This document shows, in pieces, positions 10,381-18,513 of a stretch of 51,269 nt of DNA. The notes below the pieces were generated by a model, which saw only the letters and a program-made list of their open reading frames with translations, was not told where the DNA came from and made no database searches. The stretch is taken from assembly GCA_013151435.1 (NCBI GenBank), contig JAADIH010000108.1, positions 1 through 51,269 on the forward strand, read 5' to 3'. The DNA is from Alphaproteobacteria bacterium. GTDB taxonomy: Bacteria > Pseudomonadota > Alphaproteobacteria > Caulobacterales > Parvularculaceae. A program made the position numbers and the translations under genes. Within the stretch, counting starts at the first letter, position 1. Each line of letters starts with the position of its first letter.

Positions 10381-10956
10381 CTAATTCGACAATGCTCCAC
10401 GAATAGGCGAAACCTCGCCCGTTGTGTCGAATTTCAAAACATCACACTCAGGCGTTCCGCAGCGCAATTTTGCTAGCCATTCGTCGGGATCATATTCCGT
10501 ACCCACTGGATTTTCCCCGATTTCGGTTCCGTGAAAATATTCGCTCCCTTGAGCTTTCGTCGCGAAGCAATCAACGGTGAATTCCATCTGGTTGTCGTCG
10601 GGGTCGGCGTAGTACAGCGACGCGCTCATGCCGTGATTGACTGCCCAATAAGGCTTGATGCCTGCTGCTTTCAGCTCCGCGTAGTTCTCCATCAGATCGC
10701 GCAAGCTACCATATTCCCACGCGACGTGATCAACGCCGACCATGCCGCGGTCATCTTTGTCGTTTTCGTCGGGCCTGATTTCATCGAGATTAGCGAAGGC
10801 GAAGCGGTGATGCTCTTCATCGAAGGTGAGGAACGCGAGCGCCGGATTTTGATACTGGATCTTCGCGTTGAAGACTTTCGCGTACCAATCGAGCATCTCC
10901 TTGAACCGGCGGGTCCGATAGAGGACATGGGCGAGTTGTTTGGGAGGCGTTGGCAT
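10381..10956 (-). CDS. VOC (glyoxalase/extradiol dioxygenase) family protein
   Basis: LAHVLYRT, EHHRFAF, VDHVAW and NHGMSASLYYADPDDNQMEF metal-ligand pattern, with GGAG upstream. Confidence 0.88.
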   Translation of the reverse strand: MPTPPKQLAHVLYRTRRFKEMLDWYAKVFNAKIQYQNPALAFLTFDEEHHRFAFANLDEIRPDENDKDDRGMVGVDHVAWEYGSLRDLMENYAELKAAGIKPYWAVNHGMSASLYYADPDDNQMEFTVDCFATKAQGSEYFHGTEIGENPVGTEYDPDEWLAKLRCGTPECDVLKFDTTGEVSPIRGALSN

Positions 10957-11096
10957 TTTTATCTCCTATTTTGGTGCGTACGAATGAAGCGAGTACAATT
11001 GTGCTGTCAGGCAGGAGGGGCTTTAACGTGTTCGATGACGCGTTGAAGAAGTACGAAAACCTATTTTCTATATAGTACTGTGTGTAAGCTTGTTTG

Positions 11097-11401
11097 AGTG
11101 GCTTTTTAAGAGCTAAAATTAGCCTTTCGTTGCCAACCAGTGACCGTCCCAAAAGGGCCACAAATTCTCCTTCACAGGCGCGCTTTTCAATGACCGCTAT
11201 TGCCCGCACTTCTGCCGTGCGGAAGCAAATGATTAATCGGCTAAAAATCGCCAATCTTTGCCATAGAGCGCTTTCAAATAAATGTCGGGTTTCGGGCGTA
11301 TTCCGGATGACGGAGGCCAGTTTGTTTATCTCAGCAAAATTCTCGAAGCCCACATAAGCGCCAGCAGATAGCATTACCGCCTAGGCGCACCTGCTTGACC
11401 C
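11097..11401 (+). repeat. Degenerate periodic repeat array C (7 units, ~46 bp period)
   Basis: Unit starts at 11097, 11143, 11189, 11235/6, 11281, 11327 and 11372. Confidence 0.65.
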
Positions 11402-11466
11402 TTAGCGCATTCGCTCCTGCGGCGACTGGCGTCAATTCAAATATGAAGTTTTATCGGTTGCTAATG

Positions 11467-11500
11467 TATAAGTAATCACTTATATAATTACAAACTTATA
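11467..11500. promoter_or_regulatory. Tandem palindromic operators, probable ArsR-family autoregulatory site
   Basis: TATAAGT-AATC-ACTTATA (11467-11484) and TATAATT-ACAA-ACTTATA (11483-11500) lie directly before the GGAGG RBS. Confidence 0.65.
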
Positions 11501-11511
11501 TGGAGGCAATC

Positions 11512-12150
11512 ATGCTGAGTGACATCGAACGCCATCTGGGGGCCGTTGAACGTCGGGTTGTTTCGCTGGAAAGGGACGGCGCGCCGGCACGCGCGGTGAT
11601 CTTGAGCCGCATTTATGAGACAACAGTCGACGATTTATGGGATGCGGTGACGAATAAGGAACGCTTGCCCCGCTGGTTCGCCCCCGTGGCGGGCGATCTG
11701 CAAATTGGCGGGCGTTACCAAGTGGAAAACAATGCGGACGGCGAGATCGTCCAATGCGAACCGCCGCGCATGTTTTCGCTCACGTGGAAGATCGGAGGCG
11801 ATGTAAGCTGGGTGGATGTCGAGCTCAAGGCGGATAGTCTAGAAGTGGCCCGCCTTACGTTGACGCATACGGCGAAAGTGTCGCCGCATTGGGAGCAGTT
11901 CGGCCCTGGCGCTGGCGGCGTCGGGTGGGAACTCGGCCTATTGGGCTTGGCGCTCTATCTTGCCGACGCCGAGGCGGACAAACTGGACGAGGAAGCATTC
12001 GCAGTAAGCGCCGAAGGGAAAGCCTTCGTGCGGGGAAGCAGCAAAAAGTGGGGCGAGGCAGCAATCAGCGCCGGCGAAGATCCGAAAAAAGCCCTCGCAT
12101 CCGCTTCGCGTACCGCAGCTTTTTATACCGGCGAAACTGAGGCTAGCTAA
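11512..12150 (+). CDS. SRPBCC/AHSA1-like (START-fold) protein
   Basis: DDLWDAVTNKERLPRWF and GPGAGGVGWE motifs. The ATG at 11512 follows GGAGG at 11502-11506. Confidence 0.88.
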   Translation: MLSDIERHLGAVERRVVSLERDGAPARAVILSRIYETTVDDLWDAVTNKERLPRWFAPVAGDLQIGGRYQVENNADGEIVQCEPPRMFSLTWKIGGDVSWVDVELKADSLEVARLTLTHTAKVSPHWEQFGPGAGGVGWELGLLGLALYLADAEADKLDEEAFAVSAEGKAFVRGSSKKWGEAAISAGEDPKKALASASRTAAFYTGETEAS

Positions 12151-12500
12151 TGCATGCCTTCGATGTGTTGGGCGACCCGGTGCGCCGGTGCATAATTGAG
12201 TTGCTTGCAGACGGAGAGCATACGTCCGGCGAAATCGTCGATGTCATTCAAGATGAATTTGGCATAACACAAGCGGCGGTCTCTCAACATTTAAGAGTGT
12301 TGAGAGAATCCGGATTCGCAAGTGTGCGGGCGGAGGGCGCGCGGCGCTATTACAAAATTTCGACTAAACCGCTGCGCGAAATCGACGCTTGGCTCGAACG
12401 TTTTCGCGGTTATTGGGAACCCAAGATGGATGCGCTCGCAACTGAAATCGCACGCGGCAAAAAGCGCCGCTCGGCAGCGAAGCGAACTCTCAAAGATTAA
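12150..12500 (+). CDS. ArsR/SmtB family regulator
   Basis: FDVLGDPVRRCI...QAAVSQHLRVLRESG wHTH. TAATG overlap with the upstream gene. Confidence 0.92.
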   Translation: MHAFDVLGDPVRRCIIELLADGEHTSGEIVDVIQDEFGITQAAVSQHLRVLRESGFASVRAEGARRYYKISTKPLREIDAWLERFRGYWEPKMDALATEIARGKKRRSAAKRTLKD

Positions 12501-12517
12501 CCCCTACCGAGCAATTA

Positions 12518-12725
12518 AGTGTCAAGTTTTGGATACGAACTCAGATTAGATTGCGATAAGCCAAGACCGGAATGCGATGAAAACCGAACAGAAAACAGAT
12601 AATCTCAATGACCGAAACGGGCCAATAGTTGCCGGATCAGCGTAAACTTCTAATGACCGCTTTTGCGCCGTTGCAGCGATCGGGATTTTAATTGCCAATG
12701 TCTCCTTTGAGGACAAGCTGACATT
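12518..12725 (+). repeat. Degenerate periodic repeat array D (5 units, 44-45 bp period)
   Basis: Unit starts at 12518, 12562, 12607 (AATGACCG), 12652 (AATGACCG) and 12697 (AATGTC...GACATT). Confidence 0.65.
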
Positions 12726-12741
12726 TTCGAACCGAAGAAAA

Positions 12742-13330
12742 TCAATAACTTAACGCCATCCGCCAGTTCGCAGTTTTATTGCTTATGGTGCGCCATTCCT
12801 TTTGGAATGGTCGCCCTTTTGTCGACAAGAAGGTTCGAATAAAGTTCGAACCGGCGCGCCATTCCCGTACCAAACTGCGAACCGGTCCGGCGGCGGCCGC
12901 GACATGTGCGAGCGGCTCGCCAGAAACAGCTTCTGCCAGCGCATCTTTTGGACCGGATAACACTATCTCGGACTTACACTCGACAATCTCAGTGACGACA
13001 GCGCGGACATAGCGTTTCTTCAATTCGGTAGGCGCGCCTTGCAACAATCGCTAAGGCGCCCAGAAGCGATCTTGGCCTGGTCTAGCGTGATAGGCGTAAG
13101 CGCCTCTTTGACTTGTGCTTCTTGTGCACCAATCAGCTTGATCAACTCGGCGCGTTCATTTTCCGCCCCCGCCATCTTCTCGCGAAACAACTCGGTGTCA
13201 CCCGACCCTAGAGCAAATCCGAGATAAATTGAATCATGGATTTGCTCTAGATTCTTTGTTTGCCGCATTTCTATCGGATAACCGCGTCACACTTATCCGG
13301 AAATGCTCTAGTTCAACATATGGCGAATGC
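12742..13330 (-). pseudogene. C-terminal remnant of a large serine recombinase (coiled-coil and terminal region), frameshifted and interrupted
   Basis: Fragments ELFREKMAGAENERAEL and ELKKRYVRAVVTEI...VLSGPKDALAEAV...VRSLVREWRA lie in two frames and resemble the C-termini of alphaproteobacterial site-specific serine recombinases. No catalytic domain is present. Confidence 0.6.
13208..13311 (-). mobile_element. 104-bp CTAG-bounded palindromic repeat element (Bru-RS/RIME-like MITE)
   Basis: Terminal inverted repeats CTAGAGCA...TGCTCTAG, an internal CTAG, and two hairpins (CTAGAGCAAATCC/GGATTTGCTCTAG; GCATTTC..CGGATAA/TTATCCG.GAAATGC). Confidence 0.8.
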
Positions 13331-13561
13331 TGGCTTACTTTTACGCACAATAATGGGGCCGAACACGGGTTTTGACGCGTCGGGTCGTGTGACGCGGCAT
13401 TAAACGTAAAGATATGCCACTTTTACCCAATCATAATCTTCAAACCAAAATAGTGGTTTTTGCCCTGCGTCTTCGTCACATCAATAAGCCTTAGGTATAC
13501 GCAATCGAGCCCCGGCATGGCCGGCTCTGTTCTTGCGTTAGTGATTTAAGAACGATGTAGT

Positions 13562-14587
13562 ATGGGTTCGTTGAATTTTGAGTTGGGATTGGGTGGGCGA
13601 GAGCCCTTAAAGGCGACTATGCGGTCGGCGTATAGGGCGCCAAAGTCCAACAGTGCGTTAAAAAACAGCTCAAACTTTTCACATAAGATTATTGCTGTTG
13701 GGCATCGCGGGACAAAAAAGTTCGCACCTGAAAATACGATCTCAGCGCATGAAGCGGCGATTAGCCTGGGCGCTCGCGCCATCGAGTTCGACGTGCGCTT
13801 CACCAAGGATGGTTACGCCGTTGTTATTCACGACGCGACGGTGAATCGTACGACCGATGGGCGAGGTTGGGTCAAGAATATGACGCTTTGCGAAATCAAG
13901 GCGCTTGATGCCGGCTCATGGAAAGGCTCGAAATTTGCCGGCGAACAAATACCTACACTGAGAGAAGCTCTGCGTAATATTAAGGAGCGCGCGATAGTCG
14001 ATATCGACTTTAAAGGCGGCCCGGCAAGTGCTGGCGAAAGCTTGCTTAATATCCTCGATGAGGAAGGTTTTCGGGACGGTCCTTTGGTCACAATCTTCGC
14101 TAGATCGCATCACGTCAAAAGACTTGAGCCTCTTGCACCACATTATGCGCTGCGACCGCACTTCCAAAGCGCTGCAAAAACTCGGCACCTTACGGAGAAG
14201 CTAGGCATAAAAATTATGGGCCTGCGACGTCGTTCTTTCAACCCAACGCGGGCGGCGTCAATAACGTCCCATGGTCTGGTTCTGTTCACGAACATCATGG
14301 GGTGGGCGGACGGGCCTCGCGGTATTGAAGATAGCATCAATGCTGGCGCCCGCTTCATCCAAACCGATAACCTTGACAGGCTGGTTCCCTATCTTCGCGC
14401 CCGTGGGTTGCTGGAAACCCGTATCTTAAATGCGGACTTCAGCTATCGTCAGTCACCAGAATATATACGACCGCAAAACGAGTCCGGGACAGATCTAACC
14501 TACAAAGACGTCGAACAAAATACCAAACCTCGCGCCATCAGCAGTCGTCATATCGAAATTCCGACGGAAACCATAGACAGCCGATGA
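13562..14587 (+). CDS. Glycerophosphodiester phosphodiesterase (GDPD) family protein
   Basis: GHRG...PENT, IEFDVRFTKDG, HDATVNRTT and IPTLRE motifs. The true start is uncertain and probably downstream. Confidence 0.9.
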   Translation: MGSLNFELGLGGREPLKATMRSAYRAPKSNSALKNSSNFSHKIIAVGHRGTKKFAPENTISAHEAAISLGARAIEFDVRFTKDGYAVVIHDATVNRTTDGRGWVKNMTLCEIKALDAGSWKGSKFAGEQIPTLREALRNIKERAIVDIDFKGGPASAGESLLNILDEEGFRDGPLVTIFARSHHVKRLEPLAPHYALRPHFQSAAKTRHLTEKLGIKIMGLRRRSFNPTRAASITSHGLVLFTNIMGWADGPRGIEDSINAGARFIQTDNLDRLVPYLRARGLLETRILNADFSYRQSPEYIRPQNESGTDLTYKDVEQNTKPRAISSRHIEIPTETIDSR

Positions 14588-14858
14588 CACCATCATCCGA
14601 AGCTCTCCAAAATGCAGTGTGCTTAAATTATATGACGTAACACTACCTCAATCACCTCTATGGAGTTTTCAAAATAGTTTTCTTGCCATTTCGCACCATC
14701 TGAAAACAATAGGCGGTTATAAAACTGGTTTGCATCGGCAATGGAAAGCCTCGCACAACAAGAATGAAAATATCTCGGCGCACTATGTAATCGCCAACCG
14801 TGAAATCATAAACAATAACGTTGCGTATGGAATGTCGCGCAGAAGGAAAGTAATCTAA

Positions 14859-16013
14859 ATGGAAAATCTTGATAGCAAGCGTATCAATGTTGCAATTGTC
14901 GGTGTTGGCAACTGCGCCAGCTCCTTGATTCAAGGAATACACTACTACGGCAGTAAAAATACCGCCGAACCAACCGGCCTGATGCATGAAACCTTAAGTG
15001 GGTATCGCTGCAAAGATGTGCACATTGTCGCCGCGTTCGATATCGATGAACGCAAAGTCGGAATGGATGTTGCTGAAGCTATTTTCGCACCGCCAAATTG
15101 CACTGAGGTTTTTTGTGAGGACGTTCCAAAGACCGGCGTTGCGGTACAGATGGGGCGCATCCTTGATGGTTATTCAGATCATATGGCCGGGTATCCCGAT
15201 GAGCGTAAATTTATGCCCATGGCTGCAAGCGAGCCGACCAAAGCTGAGATTGTCGCCGTGCTGCGCGAAACGGACGTCCATGTCCTGATGAATTACCTAC
15301 CAGTCGGCAGTCAGCAGGCGACAGAATTTTATGCCGATTGCGCGCTAGAAGCCGGCGTCGCCTTCGTTAACAATATCCCTGTCTTTATCGCTAGCGATCC
15401 GGTCTGGGCGCGGCGTTTTCAGCAGGCTGGCTTGCCAATTATTGGAGACGACATCAAGGCGCAAGTCGGGGCGACTATCGTTCATCGGGTGCTGACTGAT
15501 TTGTTCCACAAACGCGGCGTGCCTATTGATCGGACCTACCAGTTGAACACTGGCGGCAACACAGATTTTCTCAATATGAAAAATCAAAAGCGGCTCGAGT
15601 CTAAAAAAGAATCCAAGACCGAAGCCGTACAGGCCGTCGCTGCGTCGCGTATTGAAGATGAAAATATTCATGTTGGGCCGAGCGATTATGTCCCCTGGCA
15701 AAATGACAACAAGGTTTGCTTTATCAGGATGGAGGGACGCCTTTTTGGCGATGTCCCAATGAATTTGGAATTGCGCCTGTCGGTAGAAGATTCCCCGAAT
15801 TCTGCTGGCGTTGCTATCGATATGATCCGCTGCGCAAAAGTTGCGCTTGATCGCGGTATCGCCGGCGCGGTAGCCGCCCCGTCGTCGTTCTTTTGTAAGC
15901 ACCCACCGGTTCAATATACCGACGATGTCGCCTTTCAATTAACGGAAGCGTTTATCGCCGGTGATGGTGTCGAAGTTATTCAAACGCCGCTGAAATCGGT
16001 TAGTGCGAGTTAA
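14859..16013 (+). CDS. ino1: myo-inositol-1-phosphate (inositol-3-phosphate) synthase
   Basis: [41 protein letters not shown] and VEDSPNSAG motifs. Confidence 0.95.
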   Translation: MENLDSKRINVAIVGVGNCASSLIQGIHYYGSKNTAEPTGLMHETLSGYRCKDVHIVAAFDIDERKVGMDVAEAIFAPPNCTEVFCEDVPKTGVAVQMGRILDGYSDHMAGYPDERKFMPMAASEPTKAEIVAVLRETDVHVLMNYLPVGSQQATEFYADCALEAGVAFVNNIPVFIASDPVWARRFQQAGLPIIGDDIKAQVGATIVHRVLTDLFHKRGVPIDRTYQLNTGGNTDFLNMKNQKRLESKKESKTEAVQAVAASRIEDENIHVGPSDYVPWQNDNKVCFIRMEGRLFGDVPMNLELRLSVEDSPNSAGVAIDMIRCAKVALDRGIAGAVAAPSSFFCKHPPVQYTDDVAFQLTEAFIAGDGVEVIQTPLKSVSAS

Positions 16014-16092
16014 TTTTTTCGGCCATCGAGGCCGAAATTTTATTGGTACTACTTAGTTATCACCCCAAACGACAAACTCAAAGGCTAAGGAC

Positions 16093-16992
16093 ATGACGAG
16101 CATCAGCATTACGGCTGTGACCTCGCAGGAAAACTATGGGCGCCCGGCGCTAATTGAAGATCGCTCCAATCGTTTTTTCATACACCCGCTATCAGGCGTA
16201 ATTGAAAAAACTGCTATCTATTTCGGCGTCACAGCCAATCAAGTTTCTTTCCTGGGCCTGGCGTCAGGCTTGTTGGCGGCGGGTTTTTATTATCAACAGC
16301 CCGGTCGTGCATTTGTGTTTGCCGGGTTTCTGGCGATGGTCGCATGGCATGTTTTTGACGGCGCCGATGGACGTATCGCACGCGCGACAGGAACAAGCAG
16401 CGCTTTTGGCCGTGTTATCGATGGAATTTGCGATCACCTCGTCTTCGCCGCTGTCTATATTTCACTCACCCTTTCCCTCATCGATTCCGGCAGGCCGCAA
16501 TCGATCTGGCTTCTGGTTGTTGCGGCTGGGGTTAGCCATGCGGTGCAAGCAGCGGCATACGAAGAAAGAAGGCAGCGTTTTCAGCGGCGATCAAAGGGCG
16601 TTGAACGCCACGCAGCGAATGAAAACTTACTTGAGGTTGATGGAAAAAAATCTCTGCTCGCAGAAACTTATGACAGGGTGCAAAAATTCGTATCCGGTGA
16701 CCCGGCCCCGCTTGATGAAGCGCTTGAGAAGCTGAGAAGAATTAGCGCCCCGGCCAATATCGTTCAATCCGCTGTCAACAGAACAGCTTTAACGGTTCGT
16801 CGGTGGTCGATCTTGAGCGCTAATAACCGCACTGTCATGATAGCTTTAGCGGCAGCCTTCGGCCATCCCGTGGTTTATTTTGCATACGAAGTTCTGGTGT
16901 TGAACGCTGTGCTCGTTGCGCTGCTGATTTATGAAAGAGGCGTCGAGACGACAATTGTTAAGGACCTTACGCCCACATTGGAACAGGGTTGA
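16093..16992 (+). CDS. CDP-alcohol phosphotransferase family membrane protein
   Basis: Signature DGADGRIARATGTSSAFGRVIDGICD, plus TANQVS. Confidence 0.92.
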   Translation: MTSISITAVTSQENYGRPALIEDRSNRFFIHPLSGVIEKTAIYFGVTANQVSFLGLASGLLAAGFYYQQPGRAFVFAGFLAMVAWHVFDGADGRIARATGTSSAFGRVIDGICDHLVFAAVYISLTLSLIDSGRPQSIWLLVVAAGVSHAVQAAAYEERRQRFQRRSKGVERHAANENLLEVDGKKSLLAETYDRVQKFVSGDPAPLDEALEKLRRISAPANIVQSAVNRTALTVRRWSILSANNRTVMIALAAAFGHPVVYFAYEVLVLNAVLVALLIYERGVETTIVKDLTPTLEQG

Positions 16993-18476
16993 TGGCCGGT
17001 CTTGGAGATATTCGCGATGTCATGCGCGGCGCCATTGCTTCCTTTTTCGGTTTTGGCGGCCGACTGATAGCGCGCACCATCCTTATGATTATTGCCGGTC
17101 GGGCATATGGCATCGAAGCACTCGGCGTATTGGGGCAAGTCGCCGCTATCGCTGAGATTGCCGGCGCCCTCGGCGTGATGGGGCTCAAACGCGGACTCCT
17201 CGATATGTTGAGCTTTGAAACTGAAAATGGCGGCCGCGCCGAAACGCGAATTGCTGAGGCGCTTGGTGTCACCGTGTTTTTTGGTTTTCTGATCTCCACG
17301 GTTTTGCTTTTTATCTGGCCGTACATTCTACCTGATCATGCGAAAGTAATACCCCTGCTGTTTTTCGCCATACCTGCAATCACCTTTACGGAAGTTGCAC
17401 TAGCCGCCATCAAACATAAACGCATCATCAAATGGGACGTTTGGACGCGCGGGGTTATTGAACCGTGGGGATTTTTGTTATTAGCGGTCGTGTTCTTGTG
17501 GGCAGGTACAATAGATGATGGGCTCGTTGTCGCTTATGTGGGCTCGAATTTAGCGGCGGCGTTACTAGCTGGCCTTGGTCTCATTCGCGCTTATAGCCTG
17601 CGCTCATTAGTTCAGTCCAAGCCACGATTATCAAATTGGTTTTTCATTATCCGGCAAAGCGCGCCAGTAGGCATAACCGATTTAGGGGTTATGATGCTGC
17701 GGCGCATTGATCTTATCGTATTGAGTATATTCGTTGGCCCACAAGGAGCCGGCCTCTACTACATGGTTCAACAATTGGCGACAGTGCCGCAAAAAGTGAA
17801 TGCGTTGTTTGAACCAATGATGTCGCCGGTCATCGCGCGACTGCACAATCGAAAGGATACTGGCAAGATTCGTAGCAACCTTATCGGCATATGCCGTTGG
17901 GTGTTAATTCTTCAACTGGCGATCAGCATTCCGATGGTGGTTTTTGGCGACTATCTATTATCAATATTCGGCGTTGGGTTCGCGGCCGGCGCAACAGTGC
18001 TTGCGGTAATTCTGCTCGCCGAGCTGATCGACGGAAGCTTCGCAACCGTGGAGACGCCGCTTGTTTTTGCAAAGCCAAAGATACCGCCAACGTTGATTTT
18101 TATTACACTAATAATAGAAATCACCGTGATCGCCGCTCTCTCCAGCATATGGGGCGTGGAAGGCGCCGCCGTTGGTTTCCTGATCGCAATCACATGCCTT
18201 ACCGTCGGCCGGCTATACATGCTGAAGAAGCATCTCAACATCAACGTCATCAACGCTGGCTACATTTTGCCGATTGTCTTTGCCGTTGGCGTTTTGGCGG
18301 CGCTCGCCGCCATCCGACATTGGATCGCCCCCCAACAAGGCCTCGTGATCATCGCCTTTTTTATCGCAGGTAGCGTCGGATTTATTTACCTCATAAAATC
18401 ATTTGCGTTGACCAATACTGACCGCATACTTTTTCGGGCGCTGACGCAGCGGCGTCGCAGATTGGCAGCGCCATGA
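16989..18476 (+). CDS. MOP-superfamily (Wzx-like) flippase
   Basis: About 12-14 hydrophobic segments and an RIDLIVLSIFVGPQGAGLY motif. Overlaps the upstream stop codon. Confidence 0.8.
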   Translation: MMAGLGDIRDVMRGAIASFFGFGGRLIARTILMIIAGRAYGIEALGVLGQVAAIAEIAGALGVMGLKRGLLDMLSFETENGGRAETRIAEALGVTVFFGFLISTVLLFIWPYILPDHAKVIPLLFFAIPAITFTEVALAAIKHKRIIKWDVWTRGVIEPWGFLLLAVVFLWAGTIDDGLVVAYVGSNLAAALLAGLGLIRAYSLRSLVQSKPRLSNWFFIIRQSAPVGITDLGVMMLRRIDLIVLSIFVGPQGAGLYYMVQQLATVPQKVNALFEPMMSPVIARLHNRKDTGKIRSNLIGICRWVLILQLAISIPMVVFGDYLLSIFGVGFAAGATVLAVILLAELIDGSFATVETPLVFAKPKIPPTLIFITLIIEITVIAALSSIWGVEGAAVGFLIAITCLTVGRLYMLKKHLNINVINAGYILPIVFAVGVLAALAAIRHWIAPQQGLVIIAFFIAGSVGFIYLIKSFALTNTDRILFRALTQRRRRLAAP

Positions 18477-18513
18477 CCTGTTTGTGTTCACACTCACCCG
18501 CTGTGAAGGAAAT

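Noticed and set aside
10817-11374. 185-aa minus-strand ORF and the 87-aa plus-strand ORF over array C
   Set aside because: No recognisable domain or RBS. They overlap the repeat array (the 185-aa ORF also overlaps the VOC gene) and are likely spurious.
11097-11401. CRISPR array interpretation of the periodic repeats
   Set aside because: The repeats are far too degenerate, the spacers are only ~16 bp, and there are no cas genes in the window.
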